Assembly (NCBI GenBank): GCA_045837725.1
Contig: JBEWZL010000239.1
Span: forward strand, 620,001-684,000
Direction: 5' to 3'
Source: Vermamoeba vermiformis
Lineage: Eukaryota
Length of the DNA: 64,000 nucleotides
The translations under genes and the position numbers were made by a program. Shown here one piece after another: positions 1 through 13,462 of the stretch. Under the pieces are notes generated by a model, which was given only the letters and a program-made list of their open reading frames with translations, did no database searches and was not told where the DNA came from. The stretch's first letter is position 1, and each line of letters begins with the position of its first letter.

Positions 1-1089
1 CAATCAGGGCATTCCAGTTGATGTGAGTGTGTCCGAACACGTGACTGACAGATTTGATGCTCTAAAAATAACTCCTAGTTGGGTCGTACTCACCGAAAAT
101 AAAGGCGTCAGTTACGTACGCGGATCTGCTCATCTAATTTTAGCGAGCCAACAACTTTAGGCAAGTACGGAATAAACAGCCTCTCACGTGCTAGCCAGAT
201 TGTGAGTGGTGGCAATGTGACAGCTGGCTACTTACGCGGCAGACACTCTGGTCGCGGCAAGAAGTGCGAGAATGAAATGACAGGTGCGTCGTAACTGCGA
301 TTGACACGTGTCAAATTGAGGTTCAGAAAGTATTGCTCGGGTGTATTCAGCACAGAATCATCGCCCTGGTTGAGGTGTTCTGGCAGCCATTTGCTGCATC
401 TAAAATTAGATAGATTGACAGCTGGTGGCACATTACCAAAAGCGGTAATCATTCCAGCCTGCGAGAATTCGTTTCTCTTCGTCCTGCGCGAGGGGCACGG
501 CATCGAATGAGCGGTGGTACCTGCAGTGTCACAGTGTTATATATATAGCGCTGCCTATACTCCTGCGCGTACCACGAGAACAGCGGCACGATCCAGATCG
601 GATGTGCAGTGCCAATCTTGGTCGGTTCAGTGAGTACACCGTGCTTGCGACAGAGGAGCAGGATCTTGTTGAACTTGTCTACGGAGTGCTGTATTGAGGG
701 GTCGTTGCGATCGTCCGTCAGCCACAGATCGTGATTGCCTAATTAGTATCGTCAGTCTCAACTCAGGACTGGCTTGACTGACCTGGCACATAGAAGACGT
801 AGTGAAATTTGGAGGTGAGAGCGACGAAGAACTCTTCCAATAGCGCTAGTCGGTGCGTCACTGCGTCATAATAGTAAATTAAAGACTAATTAGTCTGCAA
901 CTTTTCTGAATTAATGCGCGGTGCATTGAACCACTCATAATGCAACACTAGTGGTGCCGTACCATCACCTGCTACGATCAGTGCATCGTGGATGTATTCT
1001 GTGTTCGATAGATTGCGCACCCACTCCATGTTCGGTGCGTAGTCGATGTGCACATCTGAAGTGCAAAACACGCGCAAGGAGGGCTGCAT
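1..1089 (-). CDS. Calcineurin-like metallophosphoesterase, multi-exon; 3' end runs off the window
   Basis: Spliced translation gives all five metallophosphoesterase motifs in order: SDVH, VAGD, PGNHD, SHFLP, FGHTH. GT-AG introns restore the frame. Confidence 0.85.
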
Positions 1090-1287
1090 GATGTGAGTAG
1101 CGATACTACTGCTACTGAGGGTATGTACTTGGTGCTCGGTGACCACTCGTGTCTCGTGTGTTTGTATCGATCAAAATAAAGCGAGTTTACAACGTCAGCA
1201 TTTATTTTTGTATACAACCGACCACGTGACTGCAGTCATTGATCACGTGACTGATATACCAGTTCCCACAACAGAAATCACGTGCCT

Positions 1288-2425
1288 CTACACGCCCAGT
1301 GCCTCCACGACCCCCTCGCCCGTGGTGCTGTCGTACAAGAAAGTGTTGCGCAGTGGCTCGTCGACACGTGTCAGCAGTTTGATGGCCTCCTGTGCCACCA
1401 CGCCACCAATCACCGCGCACACCGGAGACAGCTCCGCGCGGGCATTGACTGCCACATTTCTGCAAAGATTAGTCGTACAGTTCACTGAAAAAACACGTGA
1501 CTCACTTGAGATAACTGTCGCTGACCAGGGCTGTGTCAGCACCGCGTGACGTCAGCAAGCTATTTTTAGTCTCCACCAGGGCCTGCATCTCGTCCTCACT
1601 CCGCGGCAGTGGATGCGCATCCAAGTAGTGCAGCAGCGCTGTTGACAGGTGTCAATCAGTGACTCAGAGCGAGTGCACGACACGTACCTTGTGTGGCTAT
1701 AAATAGCTTGTGTGTCTGACGGTCCACTTTGCACTGCGACACGTGCTCGTAGCTCGGGAACACGATCTCGCGCTGCTCTTCAATTTCCTTATCGGGCAAT
1801 TTCCTAATTAGGGGCAAGTGAGTCACGTGTCCCACAACAGCCGTGGTGGCGTACCGTTTGTACTGGTGCGTGAGTAGATCTGAGAATGCATAGCCGTATC
1901 GACCCAACACTTGCGCGACAATGAGCGGTACTTGCGCTGCGCGCGTGCGTGCATTCAACGCTTGGATGTGCGCGTGGCTGAGTCCGATCGCGATGATGAG
2001 GTCGTACTGCTTGACAGTGCTCGCAGTATGGTGCAGCACGGACTCACTCGCAGCGTGTATGTTGACGAGGGGATTCATCGCCTTCAAGCGCTCGATAAAG
2101 GCCTGCACGCGCTGCTGGGTGTTGAGCATCGGATGTGGGGTACAAGTGCAGTACTTACATTAGTGCCTATTTTGTTGGGGCCTATCAGACAGTTGGCAGT
2201 CAAATCAGCGGCACTCACAGGTACATCTGCCTGTCGATCGTCGAGGTAGAGTGCGGCGATACCTGCGAGCACGAGGTCCTTGGTGAGTTCAGCTGCGAGG
2301 CCGTTCAGTGAACCACACACGAGCACGTGACTGGCACTCAATTTCTTCTGCGCTGCCACGCCCCACACGCGCAGCTGGCGATCGTAGAGGCGTGGATCTA
2401 GCGGTGCTGCTTCTTGTGTTGTCAT
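1288..2425 (-). CDS. SAE1: SUMO-activating enzyme subunit 1 (E1, ThiF family)
   Basis: LYDRQLRVWG, GLAAELTKDLVLAGI, LKAMNPLV and C-terminal ELSPVCAVIGGVVAQEAIK...NTFLYD. Length matches Aos1/SAE1. Confidence 0.85.
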
Positions 2426-2624
2426 CGTAGAGTGCAGCTATAGTCGATATATATATCGGTGCCTAATGATGACCTCTCGCGTGGTAGTGTAGTGCGCAGG
2501 GCGGTGAAATTGAAAAAAAAACAATTTCTTATTATTATTATTGACACTTTGTACGACACAACGCCACATGCACTGCTGAACCACACTAGTAGTAGTAGTA
2601 GCAACAACTATCAATCGGCAGCAA

Positions 2625-5600
2625 ATGAGTCTCAAAGATGTGCAAGCAGCGCTAGGTACACCGCAGTTGTGGGTGACGGTGCAGCAGGTGGTGGATGGGG
2701 CTGCAGAGTGGCACGACGAAGAGCTCTGCACACTGCTCGAACAGCTCTGCGACACGCCTAGTAATGTGGCGCCCAATGCACTCGACACGCACAACAGCAA
2801 CATTGTCGTGCGACAGCTGATCGGAAAATTAGTGCATCGGTCAAAGCCTGGCAATCCTTCGCGACCCGTGCAGTGCTTGCAACACATGCTCAACAAGGTG
2901 TTGAATAATAAGAAAGCATCGCTCTCTGCCAAGCTGTACGTAATCCAAGAGCTTGAATATCAGATGGAATATTTCAATTTTAATTATTATTATTACAATA
3001 CCCAATATATATTAATGCATTAATGTTGCGCAATAATTCCTGATCTCCATGCCACTGCACCTCTAACCTCACCCCCTTGCAGCACGGCCCTGCTCGTGAT
3101 CGGAGCGCTGTACACGTACCGCACCATGCAGCTCGTCACACAGCTCGCCAACACTCTCGCTGTCTTCAACAAACTGCTCGCCGTGCGCGACAAGGACGAT
3201 GAACTGCCGCGCGAGGAGGTCTATCTCAACGAGGCTGCGGTCACTGCCAACAACGGCGTCAATCACGTGCTCATGTTGCGCACCCTCGACTATCAGCCTG
3301 CTCGCAATGAACTGCGCGCCATAAAAGGTAAGTGGCACCCTGTCTATTAATAGGCATGTTGTCTATATACGGTCATGCTGGACTAACAGCTGGCTCAGTG
3401 TACTGCGTGCGACAAGTGCACGTGATCTGTTTGGCCCTGGTCGATTACAACGGACTCGCCAGTCACGTGCCTGAAATTTCAAAATTGATCCGCTCCGTGC
3501 TCAAAGATCGCAGTGCGGAAGTGCGTCACGTGGTCTACGATCTATTTTTAGCACTGGTCCGACAGTTCAAGCCCGTGCTGTCCACCGCGCAGAGCCCTGC
3601 AGCTAATAATAGCAACAGTCCCGCAGCCAATCCCTCGACAGCAGTGGGTGTGGACTGGATGCTCGCAAATCTCGTGCACGATCTCCTCAACTGTCACGTG
3701 CATCACGGTCAGTTCTTGGCGGCCATTCACGCGCACTATCATTTGACACGTGTCAAAACCAGTGTTGCAACGCGCACTGAAACCACTGAGGCGAGCGCGG
3801 AGCAGTTGCCCAAATTAGGCAAAGCCAGTCCAGTCGCAGCATATCTGGCACGTGCTGGTGCATCAAGTGCCACCACGTTCATGAATCAATACGATCTCGT
3901 CACAATCTCGCACCATTATCTCCGATTGTGGGCTCAAATCTCGCAGACACCTGTCAAACTCGCAGTGACATATGTCAAAGATGTCAAAGCAGCGATCACG
4001 TGCTCATTGATGGCATTTTTAGACGCACTGCCCGTGCACGTGATTCAAGCCAATCTGTCGCACCTCGTGGAGGTGATTTTGACCCTGATCGATGATCTCC
4101 GCGACAATCTCCCGTACGTGATCACGTGCTTGCGACGCAGCATCGCACGACGCATGGACAGCACTGGCCGCGATGCATACTTGCAATATTTGATCACGCT
4201 GCTGAACACACTGCTGTCCAAATCAGGCGAGGAGAATTCGTCCGTCCAGCACAAATTGAGCGCGATTGTGCTGCTGAAAGAATTGACCGAGTGTTTGCAG
4301 CACGAGAGCGAAGGATTGGAAATGTCACGTGATCAGTTAGTCACGTGCTTGGAGACGGCGCTCGGTCGTGCGCAGCTAAATTTAGATGACGATCTCCAGC
4401 GCGAGATTGCAGTGTGGTCGAGCACGGTGTACAAGGCGATGGTGCGCTGCGTGCCGAGTCAGATCGCGCCACATCTGCAAACACTCGTCCAGGGCCTGCT
4501 TGCCACCATCGGAACTGGCTCCGAACTCGATCACGTGACCCTCAATCGCGCGCGTGTTCAAGCGCACTTTGTGGTGGCATCACTGGCAGCACTGCGCAGT
4601 CCAGCGAGTCACGTGACGGCGATGAAAGCTGGTGGCACGGGTGTGACCTCCGACACGCTGCACAAATATCTCGGAATATCTCCGGCCCTGGTCGATCAAC
4701 TCTACGCCCTGGTCGACAAGCTGTTCAATCTCAAACTCGATCTCGTGGCCTGGATGCTGTTGGCGGCACTGATTCGCACGGGAGTCACTGGCGTGGAGAA
4801 TCACGTGACTTATTTGGTGCAACAGTGGACTCAGTGGCAACAGGTATCACCATATTTGTACATACCTATTTTTAGACCGCAACTAATGCACTTTCATGAA
4901 CAGCGCGGCGCCACTCCTCAGAGTGACTCAGCCCTGGTCGAATATCTGCAAAAGAGTGCCATCGTACTGCAGTCCGTGCTGTCATATTTGCAGCACGTGG
5001 TGACACCTGACACCAGCGAGCAACTGTTCACCACGGAGATCTACCACGTGATCACGCGCTTGTTGAACACGTGCCTGCATCACGTGCTGACACCAGTGCC
5101 CGAGACTGTCACGCCACCCCGCGCAGAACTGCAAAGATTGCGACTAACGCTGCTGCGCGGCTATGCCATGCTGTACGGCCTCGACGTGCCATCCTATGCG
5201 GGACACTGGCCCACTGCGGAACAACTCTCGTTCTATCAGCAGTGCCACGCCTATCACGTGCTCAACACTCCCGCATCGGAGGTGCCACCAGTGGCGGAAT
5301 TACCGCAAGTGGCACTGCTGCCAGCCCCGCACTTGATGCAAGCCGTGATGAGTGTGCTGTGCGACACACTGCAATCTGAGCACGATCTCGCGGTGTCGAG
5401 TGCGCTGTGGCAGCACGTGATACCAGCCGAAGATCACGTGCTCCTGGCCATTGATCCGCCCAAGGCACACCCTGCCCACGCACTGCCTGCCCTGCAACAG
5501 CTCAAGAACTATCACCGCCACCACGACGAGGTGACAGGTGCCACCACGATATACTCATTCGTGCGCGAGTATGTAGCCCTGGCCGACGACCCTGCCTCGC

Positions 5601-8600
5601 TGTGGGATCTGCATCTCTCCGCGCTCAGTGAATCGCGTGCCGTGACGACGAGTGACGTGCCCCACACGCGCAGCAGTCAGCAGTGGAGCAGCAGCGTGGC
5701 CGTGGCGAGTGTGGATGTGGCTGCGACGCTGTTCCCCGTGCTGCTGTTCAGTCACCACGACAGCAATCAGAACAAGATCCTCGATCAGTTCACGGCCTAT
5801 GTGCACGCTGCGGATCAAGCGCTCAAGCCGCACGCGCAGCTCAATCTGCTCACGACACTGCTGCTCACTGCCAAGTACCTCAGCGAACAGCACAAGTTCC
5901 TGGCCCTGGTGAGTGGCAAGGACGGTGTCAGTCACGTGCTCGGTGTGGTCAGCAAGCTCGCAGCCCTGGTCGAGCAGTACATTGCCAGTGTAGATCCGCT
6001 GTTGCGTCGCATCAGTGCGCAGGTGCTGGCCCTCACTGCGCCGCTGTTGGGCGATGCATTTGCCGCGCAGTTGGTGCAAAAGCTGTTCAACACGGTGCAA
6101 GCGCGCAGTGCCGCGAGTGAAGTGCTGTCGAACGAACACGAGTACTACCAGTACGAGTACCAGAACAGCAAGGAGGACGAGGAGGTGCTGAGCGGCTGTC
6201 TACTCACCCTCGCACTGCTGCTCAAACAGATCGGCGGCATCAAGAGCACCGCGCACATGGTACGCACCGCACAACAGGCCCTGGCACGCTTGCTATCCTC
6301 GCTCAAGACACGCGTGCTGTCCAGTCCCAGTCAGTCGCACGTCAAGTGGTTCACGCCGCGTCACTTGCACTGCACACTGCTCACCGTGCTCGAGATCAGC
6401 TGTGAACTCGCACTCACGCAGGGCCCACAGTTCTCGCTGCAACTGCTCACCACCACTGCACAGCTGCTCGTCAAGGAGCACTATGACCCGTACTGGCACG
6501 ATTTGCCACCCTTCGATCTGCATCGCGCAGGTGCTAAAAATAGCCCCGCAGCAGAGAGTGTACCGCGCACACCGAGCACGCAAGTCAGTTACATGACGAC
6601 ACGTGGCGTGAATGGTGCCACCATGTGCATTGCGCGGCTGTTGGGATCGATCGTGCAGAGTCTCGGACCTGAACTCCGACTCGAATCGCAGCCTGCCAGC
6701 GTCACTTCGCACACGCAGCGCATTCTGGCGATCCAACAGTGTTTGACACGTGTCAACCAGGGCGTGTTGACGCAGCACGAACTGCACTTGTTGCAGCAGA
6801 AGATCTTGCTGTTCAGTCCGCAGCTCATCACGCACAATCTCGCCAAGACACTGCGCCACTTGCTCGATGAGCGGCACTTGCTGTCGCACTGTCCAAATCT
6901 CCGCGCGAGCTCCATCAGCACGTGCCGATCAGTCACGCAGTTCTTGATCAACAAAGCGGAACAACAGCCCCCCACGGACTCGTTGCAGTTCTTGATGGAC
7001 TTTGTGACCTTCTTTTTCACGCCCAATCCTGCCACGTCACTGCACCGCTTGGACGACATCTTGGTGATGGCACGTGACGCATTTATCCATATTTGTACAT
7101 TCCACTAACTTCCTTTGCAGCTCGACAAAGAGAGCAGTCAACACATCCGCGCGGAGATCAAGCAGCTGATCACATTGGTGCTCGACTTTACGCGCTACGA
7201 GTCACCGATCACGTGGCTCAAATTGTTGCAACGTCACGTGACTGGCACCATCACCGCCCAGCCCGCAGCCCCGACCTCACCGAGCACACGTGCGGTGGCA
7301 GTGGAGGACGAGGAAGAAGGCCAAATGACAGGTGGTGACACGCAGCTGTCAAACAGTGACCCGGACAGCACGCGATATTTGCACTGGACGACAAAGAGAT
7401 TTGCAGTCAAGTGTCTCGTGCGACTGATGACGTCACTGATCGACCAGGGCTGGCACTACGATCTCCTCAAGCCCGCGCCGTCCACTGAGCGCGGCACTCG
7501 TCTGGTGGAGCACGTGGAGGAGATTGTGAGCACGTGCTACTTGCCTGCCACGTCATCGATCGATCCGCTGCGTCACGTGGGACTGGTGGCCATTGGCGTG
7601 CTGTTGCAACGATTCGGTGCGAGTCGCGAAGTGACAGGCGATGACTTTTACGACATGTCACGTGCTGACACGAGTCACGTGCCCAAATATCTGCTGGCAC
7701 AACAGGCCATGCAGCTGGTGTCACCACTGCGTCAGGGTCTGACAGCACGCAATTCACTCTTGGTGGCACTCTCCCTGCCCATCACGTGCAATTTCTTAAT
7801 TTGGGCAATGACTACGCGCTCCATGACAGAGACTGAAATCAAAAAATATTTTGCTATTTTTAGCTCAGCAGTCACTAGCGCACTGGACAAGAGCACTGAC
7901 CGCGGCTACGGTCACGTGATTGAAGACCAAAAAAGGCTAACTGCTTTGATGACCAGTGCGCAGCTCTATGTCGCTGCTGCCGATCTGCCAAACTTTGCAA
8001 CTATTTTCAGCAACTTTCACAAACAACTTTACTCGGCCTGGCACGTGGCACTGCAGACCTGCGCGCAGACCCTGAGCGAACAATTCACTGAACCAGCGCT
8101 GGGAGAACTGCCCTGGTCGATGGATGACCGCACGTGGTATCTATTATTAGAAGCATGTGCCACCAGCGCACGTGATCAATCGCTCAGCACCGATGTGCAG
8201 CTATATTTAGAACTGGCACTCTACGCGATCAATTCGCTGCTGGGCACCAAGCACGTGACTGGCGCTTCAGTGAAAAGTTGTCTGCGCACACTGGTGGCAC
8301 TCTATCAATCGAGTCACGTGACTGATGAGCTCAAGGTGAGTGTTTGCATCAATTTACTCTGTTCACTGAACTAACGCCGCCACAGAAGTCGAGCAGTCAC
8401 GTGATCAAGACCATTCAAGCAGTCATTGCAGTTGTGCAGCAGGCTAATAATAGCGCTGAAATCAACGCCATTTGCACCGAGCTGCTCAACGCGCTTGTTT
8501 CCAAATTAGGAAAAGAGTTCTTCGAGAACGAAGACAAGTCGCTGACTGACACTTTGTGGCAGATGATGATTGACTTGCTGACACGTGTCAAGATCACTGA

Positions 8601-9471
8601 CAGCACCAATTATGGCAATATCAGTGCTGTGCTCAACTGTGTGCAGCAGTGTCTAAAAATAGCACCGTGTTCACTGAAGCACGCCGTGGAGTTGAACGCA
8701 CAATTGTTGCAAATGCTGTCAAATGTCAATCTCAACCAGACAGTAATTCCGCTAGCCGCCAAGACGTTGGTGGCACTGCTGTCATCCACGCGACAGTACG
8801 ATGAGCTGAGTGTGCTGACAGTGAACTCACTGCTCACGTTCATGAACGAGTCACTCACCAACACCCCCGCATTCAAAGAGCTATTTTTAGTGCTCATCTA
8901 CACCACGACACTGCTGCCCATCGAGCACATGACCGTACATCGCAGCGTGCTCGAATTGTTGCAAAGACTGCTCCGCAATCCAGTGCCCCTGACCGAGCAC
9001 GTGCTCGAGACAGTGCGACAGCAGTACGTGCAGTCCTGGCTCGAGACAGGTGCGGGCAGTGCAGTGAGTCAGTTCTACGTGCAAGGCCTCACTGCTGACG
9101 TCATCACCGTGCTGCAACAGAGTGCCAAGTCCCTCGCAGCCACACGCATCAGCGCACTCAAGTACGTCATTCTCTTGCAGTCCGTGGCACCGCAGCCTGC
9201 ACAGAGTCTCGCGCTCACCTTGCCCACACTCGTCTCTACCCTCAAGAGCACAGACCGTGCACTCGCAGACACTGCGCTGCAAGTGCTGCTACGTCTCGCG
9301 CAAAGCATGGCCAATGAGTTCCGCGCGCAAGTGCAACAGCTTCCCGTGGAGTGGCGCACGTGCTTTGAAGAGGCAGTGCGTGCTCATCTCAGCAAACAAC
9401 AACAAGCTGCGCAGAAGACAACGACGACCAGCATGGCACTCGATATGTCCAAGTACAACGACGACAAATAG
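2625..9471 (+). CDS. HEATR5: HEAT repeat-containing protein 5 (Laa1/SWEETIE-like AP-1 accessory factor)
   Basis: ORFs at 2625, 3096, 3332, 7115 and 8344 join through short introns into a ~2100-aa helical protein. Recognised blocks: LKDRSAEVR, MLDKE, WTTKRFAVKCL, QLVSPLRQGL. Confidence 0.7.
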
Positions 9472-9562
9472 GCACATTGCCACCCAATTTTGTGAATAAA
9501 TTCGTCCAACAAGGACACGTGTTTTATATTACAAAGCAGTTATTACTTTACTATGTACAGAC

Positions 9563-11990
9563 TCACGGATCATGAGTGGCGAGGGAAGCGAGGGCGTAGA
9601 ACACAATGCGGTGGTCAGGTGTCAGCACCGCTTCAATGCTCAGGGCCGGGCTGTCAGGGTCACACAGCTCCACGATCAGTTCTTTCACTTGTTCGCGCGT
9701 CAGTTCAATCTTCTGCGCGCTGTCTTCTTTCACTTTCTGCTCAGCGAGCTCTTTGAATCGCTTGGCTGTGGCTAGCAGACGTGGCATGGGCATGCGCTTG
9801 CGTGTCTCAGCACTGGCACTCTTGCGCTGCAGCATGAGCTTGAGCAGCGGCACGAGTTCGCGCACACTCATGGGCTGCACCTCTTCAGCGAGGGCCACAA
9901 TCGCTACTTGTTCGTCCTCGGCGTACAGCTGAATGCCGTTCAACACCAAGATCTGCTCGTCGTCCTCGTCAGGGGCGTGCAGCAGCTTCAAACACGCCGC
10001 GAGCAGTCGTTCGTCAATGCTCTCGTCGCTGCGCTCAATCTCCTGCGCGGTGATCAGCACTGGCTGCTTCAGCTCAATGCGCGGGGCGAGTTTGTGGTGC
10101 TGCATGAGTCGCTGATAGTACACTGCCAGCTGCAGGCGCGTCACATCACACACGACGAGACACTGTTTGACTGCCACCACCCACAGCCCACGTGACTGCG
10201 GTATTTGCCCAAGCACGTGACAGTTGAGCCAATCAGTGCCACTCGCAATCACGTGGGGCCGCGCAGTGTCTGCCACGCACTCAATCTCCTCCACAGTGCG
10301 TGTTTGGTCCTCGCTGGTCTTGGCGCGCTTGTTGGCTGGCTCTTCGTCGTCATCACTCGCCTCTCGCGCTCGTTTGTCGGCGCGATGCAGTTCTGCTGCT
10401 GATTGAAACCCGGGCAACTGATCGATATTTGCAGGTGTGGTGGGCTTGACGGGACTAGCTGCAAAGTCATCGTCCTCAATGTGCTGGCCCTGGTTGATGA
10501 CTGCTTGGGCAAGCGGTGCTCTGTATTGCGCGGTCAGTCCAATAGTGCAAATGACACGTGTCAGTGTACGTACTTGACAGGGGTGTTGAAGTAGGTCTGT
10601 TGCGCGGGTTTGACAGGCGAGGCAGGCACAGGATAGATGGCACTCAAATAGCTGCGCCAATAGCTCGTCAGTGTCTCTTCGTCGCGTATCAGCACGGCGC
10701 GCTTGTTGGGCGAGAGATTGACGTCAAAGTAGTCCACGGGCAGTGTCAGCGACACCACGGCAAAGGGCCACTTGCGGCGCTGATCGAATTGCCGTCGAAA
10801 ATGTCGCGTGAGTTCTTTGCCGAATTGCGTGCCTTCGACTGGTCTGCCGTTCATGAACAGGAAGAGTCGGTCAGGACTGGACTTGGCGACCACTTCGCTG
10901 TCTGCTCGATGACACGTGTCAATCACCTGATCTGCACCAACAGCTGTCTCTACGTACCTGCGTCAGGGCGAGGAATGTAGGCCTCGAGCTGAAATTGAAT
11001 GCGTGTGCCAGGGTCAGGCACGTGACTGCAGTGTGCCTGCCAGACCTCCTCCGCAGTCACGTGCTGCAAGTTGTCGTGTGTCTCGGGACCAAACACCGCC
11101 AATATCACCTCGCCAATCGTGCTCTGCGGATTCTTGTGCAGATCATAGCGCGTGGTGGGCTCGATCCACGAGAGGTGCAGTTTGAGCAGGGGACGGATCA
11201 AGCAGTAGCTGTACACCATGCTCACCACGCGCTTGTGTTCGGCACTCTTCTCCACTGCGGCTTCGAGCACTTTGCGGCGCACAGGAGTGGGATTGAACAG
11301 ACCGCGCACGGTGACGGTGGTGCCCTGCGGCTGTGCTTGCTGTCGGAGTGTCACGCGCGGCTGTTCCAAGAGCAGCTGTGTCTTGTTGCTGCTGTCCCAC
11401 TGCACGCACCACCCCTCACCCGCACTGTCGCGCGCACGTGATGCAATCGCCACACTGTCCGCGAGGTCAATCAGCGAGGCCAGTGCTTCCCCTCTGAAGC
11501 CGTAGCTCGTGGCCATGGCGGTGGCGAGGTCCACCACGGGCTCATCGAGTGAACTGTCTGCAGCACTGAGCGCGGTGTTGGGCAGCTCGTGTGCATCGTG
11601 ACGAAACACGCCTGCAGTGTGATAGGTCAGGACGAGCGAGGTGGTGACAGATCTGACGTACCAAGCTTGGAGGTGTAATAGCGTCGTCCAGCAATCGCGA
11701 GGTCGGGATATGTAATGCCACTACCATTGTCGCGCACGCTGAATTGTGTCAGACCGTGGCCCCACAATTTAATTTGAATTTGTGTCGCTCCTGCATCCAA
11801 CGCATTTCTAGCAGAAAAAATTTTAGAAAAATATGAAAAATAAATACAAAAATTCCTACTCTATTAACTCCTTTAAAGCGGTGACAAGATCTGTGACAAC
11901 TTGATCGGAGGAAATTCGTCTAATAGTGTCTTTGTTGAGCTTCTTTAGCGTGGGTGCATCCCCACTAGTGGATTCGCTATTGTCACTCAT
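9563..11990 (-). CDS. PMS1: MutL homolog, PMS1 (MutL-beta)-like
   Basis: ISSDQVVTDLVTALKELIENALDAGAT, DNGSGI, YYTSKL, YGFRGEALASL, GTTVTV, DVNLSPNKR. The C-terminal domain lacks DQHA. Confidence 0.8.
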
Positions 11991-12249
11991 CGCCTAGCTC
12001 ATCGGTGGTGTTGCGCACAAATTAAATTCTGAGAATAAAATGACAAAAAAACAGCTGCTTTGTGCTATTGCTTTCGTAAATCGTGCATGTACATGCCATA
12101 TATTAATAATGTTATATTTATGTTTTGTACAACGCTCAGCACATTCACAACTCATACATTACACATCGTACTTGCCGGTGTGCGGAACAATCAATAGTAA
12201 AAATGGCATTATTAAGCAGGCCTCTCATTGCAATCCATAATTAAGCGCA

Positions 12250-13218
12250 TTATTTAGGATCATCAAAGCTAATAGTCATCTTTTCTTCGATCTCCTCAAT
12301 GTTGCTAATCATCTAGATCCAATACAGTCAGTTAGCACCATCAGAGACGAGAGGTAATATATTGAATACATACGCGCTTGAATTCCTCGAATGAAATACG
12401 ACCGTCCTTGTCCTGATCACCCTCGAGAATAGTCTTGTCGACAATCTGCTGCAGCTGAACATCGTTGAGATTGGATCCGACCATCATCTTGAGCACTTGA
12501 AACAGCTCGCCGTTGCTGATGAATCCATCGCCGTCAATGTCGTACACCTGAAACGCGACTAGCAAGGGGTCAGTACTGGTGCAATAACAATACTTCTGCA
12601 TGTACTGAAAACAAATTCTCTTGTGCATGTACTCGGTATAGAATAATTGCTTGACAATAATATTCCAAGCATAATAATAATATTCCAAGCGCATAATAAT
12701 AATAATTTAAGCGTATAATAATAGAAGTATAGTCTTACACTTGAGTTTGCCCTCTTTGTTGCCCTTGTCGCTGAAAATAGACAGCGCACTGATAAATTCT
12801 TTGAATTCGACTTCGTTGTCCTTGTTCGTGTCAAATATAGAGATCACTCGCTCCAATAAGGGGTTTACTAGTGATCGATGTTGTTAGTGGTAGTTCTGCG
12901 CGTCATAATTTGCAACGCGATCCGAAAAATAATAGAAACAACAGAAGAAATGAATTAAAAATCAAGATATACAGCAAACAAACATACCTGCAAGCTCGGG
13001 AATGGACATAAACTCGTCAATTGTTAATGTGCCTGAGCTGTCCTTGTCAAGTTTCTTAAATCTTCGATGCAATCTTTTGAGCTCTTTTTCAGAGACTAAG
13101 GACTATATTAACACAAAATATACTACACTATAATTATATATCGTATTAACATACAATTGGACATAACTTTCATTGCGTCAATTTCTTCTTGAGTTAACGC
13201 AGACGGATTTTGACCCAT
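12250..13218 (-). CDS. CNB1: Calcineurin regulatory subunit B
   Basis: MGQNPS start (myristoylation Gly), [52 protein letters not shown]. Four EF hands. Confidence 0.95.
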
Positions 13219-13462
13219 ATTCCAAGATTAATGAGATTGATAGCCTAATATATAATACTATGATACAATACAAAATAATACCAATCCTGGTTGTTTGTAG
13301 GTTGGTTTGTAACTGACTGCGATTTTTCGGTTTGACAGATAGCACGATACACTGAGGGCCAATACTACGGATAAGCGCACAAGGTATTGTCACTGAGGCA
13401 TATGGAGCAATATCATACACTTTATATTACAATTTGAGACACGAGGCAAAGGTTCCACGAAC

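Noticed and set aside
4844-4903. VSPYLYIPIFRPQLMHFHEQ segment of the 1258-aa ORF as protein sequence
   Set aside because: It is an AT-rich 60-nt GT...ctaat...cag stretch, most likely an in-frame intron.
3548-9499. Numerous antisense and alternate-frame ORFs over HEATR5 (also over COPG, PMS1, UBR1)
   Set aside because: Shadow ORFs expected in GC-rich coding DNA, with no recognisable motifs.
12655-12718. Short tandem duplication (ataatattccaagc x2, aat runs) in a calcineurin B intron
   Set aside because: Ordinary slippage-type low-complexity repeat.
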